A stretch of DNA of 63,390 nt, counting the filler, from Octopus bimaculoides (Eukaryota), in NCBI RefSeq assembly GCF_001194135.2. It is 5 parts of 4 records of this genome, joined end to end, with 100 filler letters (N's around TTAATTAATTAA, not from the genome) between each part and the next. Parts side by side here need not be neighbours in the genome. Positions count along the whole stretch, not along the records: positions 1 to 28,959 come from NC_068983.1; positions 29,060 to 55,267 come from NC_068983.1; positions 55,368 to 57,817 come from NC_068985.1; positions 57,918 to 61,435 come from NC_068982.1; positions 61,536 to 63,390 come from NC_068988.1. One strand, written 5' to 3'. The translations under genes were made by a program, and so were the position numbers. Below, in pieces: positions 27,877 through 63,390 of this stretch; position 1 is the stretch's first letter; each line of letters begins with the position of its first letter. Below the pieces are notes generated by a model, which had not been told where the DNA came from, did no database searches, and worked only from the letters and a program-made list of their open reading frames with translations.

Positions 27877-28712
27877 ATGTACGTATGTAGTATGTATGTA
27901 TGTACATATGTATGTGAATGTTTCTTTGTTTGTTTGTTTGCATGTACCTATTCTCTATTTATACAAACATTGTAGTTTACGTTACAAACCTCGTTCACAG
28001 GTATCGGCTAGCAAATACAGTCCTAAGGTAAGATCGATATATCGGCAAATCTGTAATATCAGTAGTTATTATACAACTATATGAATAGCAGAAAATAGTC
28101 AGCAACGCATTTTATTACAAAACACCGCTCTTGTTTCAACGTAGATGTACCGGTGGAAACACTGCTGAAACTTTATAAAAAATATAAATCAACACATTAT
28201 GTCAATTATAATTATGGTTATTCCAGCAACGTCACTGAATTACGTCTCTTTTGGTAGGTATATATAACGAATTTTTGAACCATACTATGGTTCCTCTGGA
28301 TATATACTTTTGTACTATACTGTCTTCTGTAATTTCGAGTCACATAAAGAAAGAAGAAAATCGAAATACTACAACTATTTCTGCACAATCGTAAATTTAG
28401 CGTCACGTGACAGGAATTTCAGGCAAAAGAATAAAAATATAAGTAAAAATACATGAATATCTAGTATAACAAATATAAAAGAATTAAACGGATAAAACCT
28501 AATCTTTTAACGCCTTTGATGTCGACAGAGATATTCTTTTGAGACAATCAGTAGTCGCCTTTCATATAACATCTCAGTATGTTATATTCACGTCCACTAA
28601 ATCCTGTTTTCATGCTGACTTAATTTATGGCACACATACCATATCAGTAGCATAATTTATCAAACTGTTTTATATATTCCCAGTCGAAGAGATGTAATTC
28701 ACCGGTGTTGCT

Positions 28713-28787
<75 letters not shown>

Positions 28788-28788
<1 letters not shown>

Positions 28789-28959
28789 GAAAACTGTTGA
28801 CAATGCATAGAATGCACCACCCTAAGGCAGATATAGAACGTATTTATCTGCCAAGAAAAGAGGGAGGCCGAGGACTTCTACAGCTGGCATTATCAATGAA
28901 GGTAGCCACAATTGGCCTAGACACCTATCTGAAAAACTCTGAGGACTGGATGCTAAAAC
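28788..28959 (+). mobile_element. 5'-truncated R4/Dong-type LINE next to (TAA)n
   Basis: RKLLTMHRMHHPKADIERIYLPRKEGGRGLLQL; open frame up to the gap. Confidence 0.85.
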
Positions 28960-29003
28960 NNNNNNNNNNNNNNNNNNNNNNNNNNNNNNNNNNNNNNNNN
29001 NNN

Positions 29004-29015
29004 TTAATTAATTAA
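29004..29015. other. Artificial scaffold linker TTAATTAATTAA inside a 100-bp N gap
   Basis: The same 12-mer, a stop codon in all six frames, is centred in N runs at 55312-55323, 57862-57873 and 61480-61491. Confidence 0.9.
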
Positions 29016-29059
29016 NNNNNNNNNNNNNNNNNNNNNNNNNNNNNNNNNNNNNNNNNNNN

Positions 29060-29452
29060 GCAGTGATTCCTGATGGGCCGGGGGCTTTCCCGGTCTTCAT
29101 ACTCTTAATTGCTTTATCTACCCTGGTACTATCAACTCGGATAGCTGGTCCCTCTATTGGGTCGACATAAGGCAGGCTCTCTTTCTCCCATTCATTCTCT
29201 TTATTAAGCAATCTATCGTAGTGGCATCTCCAGACCTCTTTCTTTGCATCCTCATTTAATGCAAGCGTACCATCATCCATGCGAACACATTTCTCTCCTA
29301 CAACATCACTATTCTCTCTCCTACACTGTCTTGCAACCCGAAATACCTCGAGTCTTTGGTCCTCACGGCGCAGAACATTGGCAAATCTTTCCTTATCTGC
29401 TTCCCCTCTGGCTAAATAAACCTGTCGCCTAGCCTCCCTTCTGGCACCTCCG
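29060..29452 (-). mobile_element. RTE LINE fragment (APE-RT linker), open frame, at a contig end
   Basis: ...EVWRCHYDRLLNKENEWEKESLPYVDPIEGPAIRVDSTRVDKAIKSMKTGKAPGPSGIT. Confidence 0.9.
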
Positions 29453-29596
29453 TAATATTAAATAAATTACAAATCATTTATATGTTTTTCATGTGATTAT
29501 GCTACATTGGATTTCCTTCAGCTTCATAACAAAAAAACATCCAAACTTTTACCATTTTAATAAAACCAACTTGTTTCTAGACTAAGAATTACTTAC

Positions 29597-54182
<24,586 letters not shown>

Positions 54183-54350
54183 CTAAAAAAATATGAATGA
54201 AAATCAAATTAAAAAATTAGCTGTCACTTTAGAAGTGGGCAAGACTCGATACCTTGTTTCATGCTTTCACTAATTGCTTTAAGTGTCCATGGAACAGATA
54301 GACACCTTCTTGATTCACTGGAACATTGAAGAAGTGACAGCTAGGGATGG

Positions 54351-54412
<62 letters not shown>

Positions 54413-54591
54413 GAGAGAGAGAGAGAGTGAGAGAGAGGGGGGGAGAGTGCTGCACCTGCAGTCTGTTGGTATTCATTTACGGCTGAGTAAGCTGGAGCAA
54501 TATGAAATGAAGTGACTTCCTCAAGGACACAACATGTTGTGTCCTGTACATAAATCAAACCCATAATCATGATTGTCAGTCTAACACTAGG

Positions 54592-54702
54592 CTGGAGCCT
54601 GGTGTTGCCATCCGGTTTCACCAGTCCTCAGTCAAATCGTCCAACCCATGCTAGCATGGAAAGCGGACGTTAAACGATGATGATGATGATGATGATGATG
54701 AT
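54592..54702 (+). mobile_element. Short young RTE 3' end
   Basis: Identical by eye to 51413-51516. Confidence 0.85.
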
Positions 54703-55021
54703 TGTATTAATAAATAAAAATATAAATATAAGAATATAAAATATAACAACACCTTTACCATACGATTTTAATTAGCACCTATTTCATTCGATTTACTACA
54801 CTGAAATTCATCGTTTTCTCTGAGTGGATATACTTCCTAATAATGGCTATCAGCTTTGGATTTCATTTTGAAAGATAGTATATTCATGAAACGATTGTAA
54901 GATCTCTCAAATCTTTTTAAATGATCATAGCTATACTTTATATTTATTAATCCAATATTGTTTATATTATGGACGTATCACTGCTGTGATTTTTATGATA
55001 TAATTTTTCCTACTTTTACTC

Positions 55022-55022
<1 letters not shown>

Positions 55023-55056
<34 letters not shown>

Positions 55057-55267
55057 GTTTAACGTCCGCTTTCCATGCTAGCATGGGTTGGACGATTTGA
55101 CTGAGGACTGGTGAAACCGGATGGCAACACCAGGCTCCAGTCTGATTTGGCAGAGTTTCTACAGCTGGATGCCCTTCCTAACGCCAACCACTCAGAGAGT
55201 GTAGTGGGTGCTTTTACGTGTCACCCGCACGAAAACGGCCACGCTCGAAATGGTGTCTTTTATGTGC
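55023..55267 (-). mobile_element. Young RTE 3' end, truncated by a gap
   Basis: Reverse complement of 51287-51516 with one visible mismatch. Confidence 0.88.
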
Positions 55268-55666
55268 NNNNNNNNNNNNNNNNNNNNNNNNNNNNNNNNN
55301 NNNNNNNNNNNTTAATTAATTAANNNNNNNNNNNNNNNNNNNNNNNNNNNNNNNNNNNNNNNNNNNNTGGTGGTGGTGGTGGTGGTGTTGCTGCCGTTGT
55401 TTATGGTGTCGTTGTACTTGGTTGTGGCGGTGAGTCATTGTTGTTTGGTGTCGTTGTTCTTGGCGGTGCTGGTGTTAGGGTTAGGGTGTTGTTGTTGGTC
55501 GTGGTGGTGCTGGGGCTGGTGCTCGTAGTGATCTTGTAGTTGGTGTTGCTGTTGGTGATGGCGGTGCAATTGCTCTATGGGTAGAATGTAAAAGAAGAAA
55601 TAAGAAATAGAACATCTTCATTTTCATCAACATCATCATCATCATTATTATTATTATTATTATTAT

Positions 55667-55718
<52 letters not shown>

Positions 55719-55744
55719 GGTGGGAGGTAGTAGTAGTAGTAGTG

Positions 55745-55785
<41 letters not shown>

Positions 55786-56108
55786 GGTGGGGGTAGTAGT
55801 AGTAGTAGTGGTAGTAGTAGTAGTAGTNNNNNNNNNNNNNNNNNNNNNNNNNNNNNNNNNNNNNNNNNNNNNNNNNNNNNNNNNNNNNNNNNNNNNNNNN
55901 NNNNNNNNNNNNNNNNNNNNNNNNNNNNNNNNNNNNNNNNTAGCAGTATTTCACCCGTCGCTACGTTCTAAGTTCAAATTTCGCCGAGGTCGACTTTGCG
56001 TTTCATCCTTTCGGAGTCGATAAATTAAGTACCAGTGAAACACTGGGGTCGATATAACCAACTAGTCCCATCCCACCAATTTGAGGCCATGTGCCTCCAG
56101 TAGAAAGG

Positions 56109-56170
<62 letters not shown>

Positions 56171-56171
<1 letters not shown>

Positions 56172-57250
56172 GACGTATACAATATCGTGAGGTTGTTGAT
56201 TGAAGATATTGCATCTATCGGGGGTTTGTCCTGTTTGTCAAGTCACAACAGGGACCTCAGACAGACAGTACTTTACGCAATATGTGTGCAGTTCCAAGTA
56301 ATGCCGACTTTTGCAATACATTAAGATTGTAGGGTATTTCTAAGGTTTTCAGTTGTTGCTGTTTTTTTTTTCAGATTGGGTGGTATTGAACCCAATGCTC
56401 CGATGACAATAGGGATAACCTTTATGTTTGACTCTCGAAGCTGCCACATCTTAGAGATCTCAATTCCCAGGTCTCCATATTATCAACTTTTTCTCTTTCT
56501 TTCATCATGTTGTGTTGATCTCCTAACACTGCTACGTCGATTATTAGGCACTCTTGTTTGTCCCTCCTAAAGGTATCTATATCCGGCCTTCGGTGCTCTA
56601 ACACTTTGTCTGGAAATCAAAGTCTCAGAAGATTTTTGCCTTCCGCTTTTCGTCCATTACCTTTTCCGGTATATGTTGGTACCAAGTACCCGTAACCTCA
56701 TATCCATACTTACGGCATAGTAACCAGTGGAGGTTTTAGGCTACTTTGTCGTGTCTACGCTTGTACTATTTCTGCGCAAGACTTTCACAAACACTAACAA
56801 TGTGAGTTACGCTTTCAACCCTCTTCCTACACATTCTGCCGAGGTCCGATGCACTTGTGCTGTATATATTCTTTTTCACTGAGCCGGTATTCAATACCTG
56901 GTCCTAGGCCGCGATGATTAGACTTTCAATATTCTTTTTTAGGTCACCTTTGTTGAGCCACCTCCATGATGCTTCCTGGTCTTTTAATTTGTTGGTTTCT
57001 CGGTGGAACTGACCATGTAATTTCATATGGAGCAGGGTTTCTTCTCTCTCGCTGGCTGTTCTTGTTCGGAATTCATGGGCACGATCAAGTCCATTTTTGT
57101 GAACTCTTCTGCACTAGCAGCATATTGTAGCAGGTCTTGTTTACTGCTTACCAAATATTCTGCCATATTTCTTCTTTCACTGTTGACGCACTCCCGTACT
57201 CTAGTTAGCCCACGTCCACCCTTCCCTCTCTTCATGTAGAGCCTGTGTAC
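56171..57250 (-). mobile_element. R4/Dong-type LINE relic with (TAA)n tail at 56109-56170
   Basis: LYMKRGKGGRGL, EHRRPDI...KQECLIIDVAV.GD. Confidence 0.8.
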
Positions 57251-57479
57251 ATTTGCCTATTATTATTAAGGCGACGAGCTGGCAGAATCGTTAGTTCAAA
57301 TTCCACCGAGGCCAACTTTGCCTTTCATCCTTTCGGGGTCGAAAGGATGAACGATAGGCCATACGAGGTAAGGTGGCGAACGCTGGAGGAACAATCTTTG
57401 ACAGGAGAAATGATAGAAGAGGAGACAGACAAGAATGCGTCTAGTCTGTGACACAGACCGAAAGAAAAGAAAGATGACC

Positions 57480-57750
57480 CTCACTATTTGTTTTTACTGT
57501 CCTGTTCTTGTTACCAGCTTTGACCCTCTGCAAATCCCAAATTTATTTTGGTTCACGGGAGCAACTGTTTTCTCGAAGGCACATATTGTCGTGAATTGCT
57601 CGAAATGTGAAGCAGATAAACGGCCGACAACTGATGAAGGGTCGTTCTTTATGTTACTTGTCTTGCCTTCCATTTGTTTCTTTCGTTGTTCGCATACAAA
57701 AGTTTGTCTTCGTATTTCATGTTGTTTACGTTTTATGACGTCCTGTACCC
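57480..57750 (+). mobile_element. Possible Penelope-like element end
   Basis: CAACTGATGAAGGG...GACGTCCTGTACCC resembles PLE-type ends from memory; no diagnostic protein motif. Confidence 0.3.
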
Positions 57751-57964
57751 ATATATGCATGTATATATACATATGTAAGTATCTACATATATGTATGTAT
57801 ATATGCATATATATATANNNNNNNNNNNNNNNNNNNNNNNNNNNNNNNNNNNNNNNNNNNNTTAATTAATTAANNNNNNNNNNNNNNNNNNNNNNNNNNN
57901 NNNNNNNNNNNNNNNNNAAAACAAACAAAAAAACAAAAAATTTTAATCGCCAAAAACTATTCCA

Positions 57965-58016
<52 letters not shown>

Positions 58017-58139
58017 CCATGGAAATGAAAATTATGTTTGGTTGTTCCAACTCAGCGGCAAGCCGCACCCAAAATGGCTGTGAATTAGGAACTGAGAAGT
58101 AAAAACATATTGTGAACGAATTTAGCCGTTTGGTTATTC

Positions 58140-58850
58140 TTTTATTCTTTTAGTTCCTTCAGCGATTTGACTGCAGTTATGCTGGAGCACCGCCCGGAAG
58201 GGTTTTAGTCGAAACAAATTGACCCTACCCCATCCAGGACTTTTCTGTTTTTAGCCTAGTACATATTGTCGGTCTCTTTTTGCCGAACTGCAAGGTTACG
58301 GGGACATAAGCAACAATATCGATTGGGGTGGGGAGACACAAAGACACACATAAGGATGTATGTATATACACATTATATCGGCTCGGGGCTACAGTAGAAG
58401 CCACTGAACCCGAAACCATGTGGTTGGGAAGCAAGCTTCTTACTACACGGCCACGCCTGATGCTATTAGCGGAGTCGTCACTGATTCATGCAAGCATTCG
58501 GTTTTGTCTTTTTTAATGTTTTACTTGTCTCGGTCATTGGGCAGTGACCTCACTGGACACCACTTTGACTAGTCGAACAAAATCAACCCCAGTCGCTATT
58601 TTGTAGAAGTTTGTTACTTATTTTATTGGCCCTTATTGCCAAAGTGTTTCAGTTACGTGTGAACAAACCAAAACCGGTTGTCAACAGACGATGGGAGACA
58701 GACACAAACATAAAGACATACCCAAATCTACTCACAACGCATCAGTCGGCATGGGGCTATAGTAGAAGACGCTTGCCCAGGATGCTGCGCAATAGGACTG
58801 AACCCAAGACTACGTGGCTGAAAAGAAACCTTAACCACACAGCCACGCCT
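58140..58850 (-). mobile_element. Two tandem SINE family A copies (about 58140-58460 and 58520-58850)
   Basis: Reverse matches to 60005-60380. Confidence 0.75.
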
Positions 58851-60004
58851 GTACTTACATCTCTTTGACGAAAAAAAAAAAGAAACAAGCAACTGTGCTC
58901 ATAGCCTTCGAAGATCAACAGCGACTGGTGAGAGTAATGAGGCTAATGTCCTTCTTGAACCATGGCCAGTTGATGATGGCTGCACGAGAAACATGAGCAA
59001 GAAAAGAGTTTCGGTGGGTTGACCTCCCATGAAGGAAAGACTGAGTGCTGTGGTTAGTACAAAGCCGGGGGGAAGAGTAACAGTATTGGTGACAAGAGAA
59101 CGAGCGACAATTGGAATGAGTGATCCGGTAGACTTAGGTCAATGTGGCACGAAACCAACCTGCATCTAGAAGCAAAGGTCAAGGACGAAAAGCAAAGGAA
59201 TGGCCAGCAAATTTAGCTCAATTAGTCCAGGTGATCTTCGGAGTGAGAAACGGGAGGGAAAGGCAATGACCATGGACCTTTACAGCTCCTCTGAGACTGA
59301 TAAGAAAGAGTGAGGAAGATATTTTCGAACTGGAGATATATCTTGAATACTTGTAACGGAGTGGATCCCTTCACAAAAGACCGCAAAGTATTTTATTCAG
59401 TGTGGAAACGATTCTGCCAGCTCGCCACCTTTAGACCATGAACTAATAACCATAGGCTTTTCCTCGCCTTAATAACGTATCGTGTGAAGCCCTATTACAA
59501 CATTATAACATTGAGTGTCGATAAACGAAAGAGACCATTTATTTAGACCATTTATCATATCCAGCCCAAATATTATTCAACTTTATTTTACGTTCAAACT
59601 GCCCCGATTCGGCCTCTCACACCAACTATACAATACGATTCTGAAAATAAAGTCACATTATCGAAATCTGGAAGCTACGAGATAAGGCATGATCAATTCA
59701 AAACAATGTGAATGAATGAGCATTACATTTGACAGAGTAATTTCAAATGTTAAAGGGTTAAAGTATAGCCAACCGTTAATTGTGGGCAAGTAACATGCTT
59801 TGGCTAATTGTTATAAATAGTCACTCACTCAGTTTCCATACAATTGACCCAGCTGAAAATCCAAGATATAACTAACACCTGGAGGCATAGAGGGCTGAAC
59901 CACTACTCGATTGGTACTCACTTGCATCTGAGTAAAATTGGAACAATATAAAAATAAAGTGCCTTGCTCAAGATCACAACGCAACATCTTGTCCGGAAAC
60001 TGAA

Positions 60005-60380
60005 CGTGTGGTAAGTAGCTTGCTTACCAACCACATGGTTCCGGGTTCAGTCCCACTGCGTGGCACATTGGACAACTGTCTTCTACTACAGCCTCGGGCC
60101 GACCCAAGCCTTGTGAGTGGATTTGGTAGACGGAAACTGAAAGAAGCCCGTCGTATATATGTATATGTATATATATGTGTGTTTGTCCCCCCAACCTCGC
60201 TTGACAACCGATGCTGGTGTGTTTACGTCCCCGTAACTTAGCGGTTCGGCAAAAGAGACCGATAGAATAAGTACTAGGCTTACAAAGAATAAGTCCTGGG
60301 GGTCGATTTGCTCGACTAGAGGCGGTGCTCCAGCATGGCCGCAGTCAAATGACTGAAACAAGTAAAAGAGAGTAAGAGAG
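60005..60380 (+). mobile_element. tRNA-derived SINE, family A (microsatellite-containing), best-preserved copy
   Basis: A/B-box-like head (GTGGTAAGTAGCTTG...GGGTTCAGTCCC), central (TA/TG)n and (AAAGAG)-like tail. Confidence 0.85.
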
Positions 60381-61535
60381 CCTCTCAAACCACTAGGTGA
60401 CGCACCTTCACTTAAGCTTTCTAGTATTCTGAATTATGGCAGGTAAATATCTCATCTTCGGCTGTTTAAGATGAGAAGCATTGTAAATTTGTTCAATTTT
60501 CCGTTTTAACATTTGTAACAGCGGTAGATAACTCCAGGACGTATATCTAACTTAATCCCTTCCGCATTTATTTATTTATTTATTCATTTAATTACTTCGT
60601 AAGCGGCAAGGCCTTCAATTATATTTAGTCGACTTTATGGGACTTAGTGCTTTCTCTGGTATTTTGATTTAGTGACCCTACAAGGGGGAAAGATGTAGCC
60701 AACTTAGGCATAAGAGAGGGTCAAGTGCAACAAGCTATTCCTTCCTTGTCGATATTCATGTGTGTGTGTACGTGTGTGTGCATACACACACATGCATATA
60801 TATATATATATATACATGCATGCACATCTATACATATATACGTGCATACACATATTTATACATGCATATCTAAAACATATACACGTACATATATACACAC
60901 GCATGTGAAAGAGTGAAAGACATTTGTGATATACATTGCATCTTAAAAATGTAAAACGTGCCATCAAATCTCTTATTGGAACATAACACGTACGTATAGG
61001 ATACATACATATATATAATACAAAACCACATTAAAAATTTTAATCCAAAATCAGAAGAGAAAAAAATGGAAAAAAAAAAGAGAAAGTAAAAAAGAAAAAA
61101 ACACAAATTCAACATTAAGTACATCAACTGGTCGCACACCATAATGTTCAATGACCTTTCCTTTAGTATTCATTTCGAATACGAGCATATATAATTTCTA
61201 CATAGATGTATTATAACTATTTTATTCCTATTCTGTGTATATTTTCTTATGAAGCTGTACACTTGTATTTCTTTATTTGTACAACTATTTAATATAGGGA
61301 GACTATTAAAAACAATGGGTTTAAGAACTAAACGTAATACTTTTTTCATTGATCATTTCAAAAGCTCGGGTATTTTTTTTTAGTTTGAACGTTTAAAAAA
61401 AATTAGAGAATTATCTCCCCTAGAAGAATTGATACNNNNNNNNNNNNNNNNNNNNNNNNNNNNNNNNNNNNNNNNNNNNTTAATTAATTAANNNNNNNNN
61501 NNNNNNNNNNNNNNNNNNNNNNNNNNNNNNNNNNN

Positions 61536-61568
<33 letters not shown>

Positions 61569-62204
61569 CACATGTCACTGTACAAGTATGCTTGTTTGCA
61601 TATATACGTGTGCTCACCCGCGCTTGTGAGAGTGAGTGTATGTGTGTTTTTATGAGTATTTATATATGTACATATATAAAAAAAATATGCATATATAGCA
61701 TCTAAGCTATGCCATATAATCGGGTATTTCTGGAGAACATAGATTTCCTTTCCAAAATATAATCAAGAAAATTCGTCAATGATGATCTTTATTTCGTGTA
61801 ACTTTACACCAAAGATGCTGACACAAGCCTAACTACAAATATTGCAGAATCTTACTGGCAGATCTCGAGTAATGGATTTTGCTCTACATTTTTGTTTTCA
61901 CTTTATACCTTATAGTCGCACTCGAGTCACTGTTCTCATTAAGGTGCCATCTGACGACTTCCATAAAACGAACGATCATATGTTAGTATGCGGTTGTGTG
62001 CGTTTGAATGTATTCACAATATATGAATATGTCTGTCTGTTTCTCTTTATAAACACACACAGAAACACACGCACGCACGCACGCACGCACACACATATGT
62101 ATATATATACATACACACACAAATATATACATACGCACATACTTACAGAGTGCGATGGGTAATTTGTCGCCATTTCATAGTTTTAATTTTATGCATGCGC
62201 ATTA

Positions 62205-63390
62205 TCTGTTTTTGATTTTTCGACTACACAGTATAGTAGGGTTAGTTGGACACCATCTGTGTGAAGAACAGCACCATGACGCAATTCACCTTGACAGAAA
62301 TTTAGAAAAGACATGCTGTCCTGTTTGGCATTCGCACCGGAAGCTCCAATATGAATATTTCTGGGTATCAATCTGAGGACAGAGCAGAGGATTAGACGAT
62401 TCGGAAAGAGTTGGATGAGTCTACTGGTGATTACGAAGGTACTGCAGCTGTTAAGTGAACTTCTTTACTGCGAAGTGGACTTCCGATGCATAATTTTCTT
62501 GTTTATCTCTACAGTTGATAAACGGGGAAAATATATAAAGTATTTGACATTTACTAAAGTCTTTTACAGTTAAAATTCCTGATAAGAAAAGAACTCCTAA
62601 ATTTGTTGATGAAATCGAGGCCATGATTGGAAAAATCAATCAGGTTCATCGCCAAGTACATAGGGGTGTCTGAGTTTCTTATCAGCCAGTCAATGCATGA
62701 ATTAATTCGGTATTCCTCATACAAGATGAGAAAAGGCCAATTTTTATCTCAAGCCATAAGGGACAAGAGGAAAAGTTGTGCCTCGAAGCTTTTGAACAAA
62801 CTGAAGGATCCCACTCCAACCGAACACGTTTTAGTTTTTCTTAGACGAGAACAATTTCTGGTTCAGCTGGTGAACACACAGAACAACCGTTGGCTTCCCG
62901 TGTCCCTAAAATATGTAACGGTATTGATAAAAATCAAACAGCCAGTCAACATCATGGTTTTTGGAGTCATCACTAGTCATTTTCCCACACGGCCTCAGAC
63001 TCAACAAGGAGGCCTACATCATGTGCCTGGTATAGGTAGTACTGCCCTTGGTCAAGAGGGTGGTTGCTGGAAGACACTAAGTCGGGCAACAGGAATATGC
63101 AGCATGCTACACAGGCAGGAGAACCCAGTCATCTCTGTCAGACAATTTCTGCGACCACACCACCCCTAACATCTGGCCACCTAATTCCTAAAGCAGCAAC
63201 ACTCTTGGTTATTATGTGTGGGGAACAATTGTACGAGGGACCAACAAAATTCTTTGAACCGAAGGCAAGGATTATGGCAGCATTAACCAACTGCAACAAG
63301 GAGACTGTCCAGAAGAGTTGCAGGAGATTCCGAAGTCGTATTTACTGTGGTAAATATATCTGTTAAAAGGAGATGTCAGTGCTATTTTCA
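62205..63390 (+). mobile_element. Tc1/mariner maT (DD37D-like) transposon relic, runs off the window end
   Basis: ATG at 62276 (MTQFTLTEI). Fragments YKMRKGQFLSQA, NTQNNRW, IMVFGVITS and KARIMAA...KETVQKSCRRFRSR, with frameshifts and a roughly 130-bp insert at 62450-62580. Confidence 0.85.

Noticed and set aside
28001-28027. Plus-strand 27-nt micro-exon candidate (cacag|...AAG|gtaaga) and a 48-nt candidate at 17050-17097
   Set aside because: Only splice-like signals are present, with no recognisable peptide or linking exons; such hits are expected by chance in 63 kb.
29004-29015. Recurrent palindromic TTAATTAATTAA motif
   Set aside because: It always sits in the centre of a 100-bp N gap, so it is an assembly linker rather than a biological site.

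Overview
AT-rich, microsatellite- and transposon-dense animal genomic DNA. The SINE/RTE repertoire and scaffold linkers suggest an octopus, probably O. bimaculoides (inference). The one gene I can support is DIS3L2, the 3'-5' RNase II/R-family exoribonuclease that degrades uridylated RNA, on the minus strand. I traced 17 phase-compatible GT-AG exons from 54182 to 29597 (about 657 aa: end of the CSD1 linker, CSD2, complete RNB domain with intact ARDLDD and [11 protein letters not shown] motifs, and S1). Its 5' exons and stop-codon exon are not visible. The rest is tRNA-derived SINEs, RTE and R4/Dong-type LINE fragments, two near full-length mariner relics, a maT/DD37D-like relic, piggyBac- and hAT-type MITEs, microsatellites and N gaps. 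I found no CRISPR array, intact tRNA/rRNA gene or new multi-gene system. The most interesting signals are a 28S rRNA fragment fused to an RTE 3' tail, several fold-back structures in DIS3L2 introns, substituted U-zone residues in the protein, and CpG depletion that roughly matches the gene body. All alignments and counts were done by eye.
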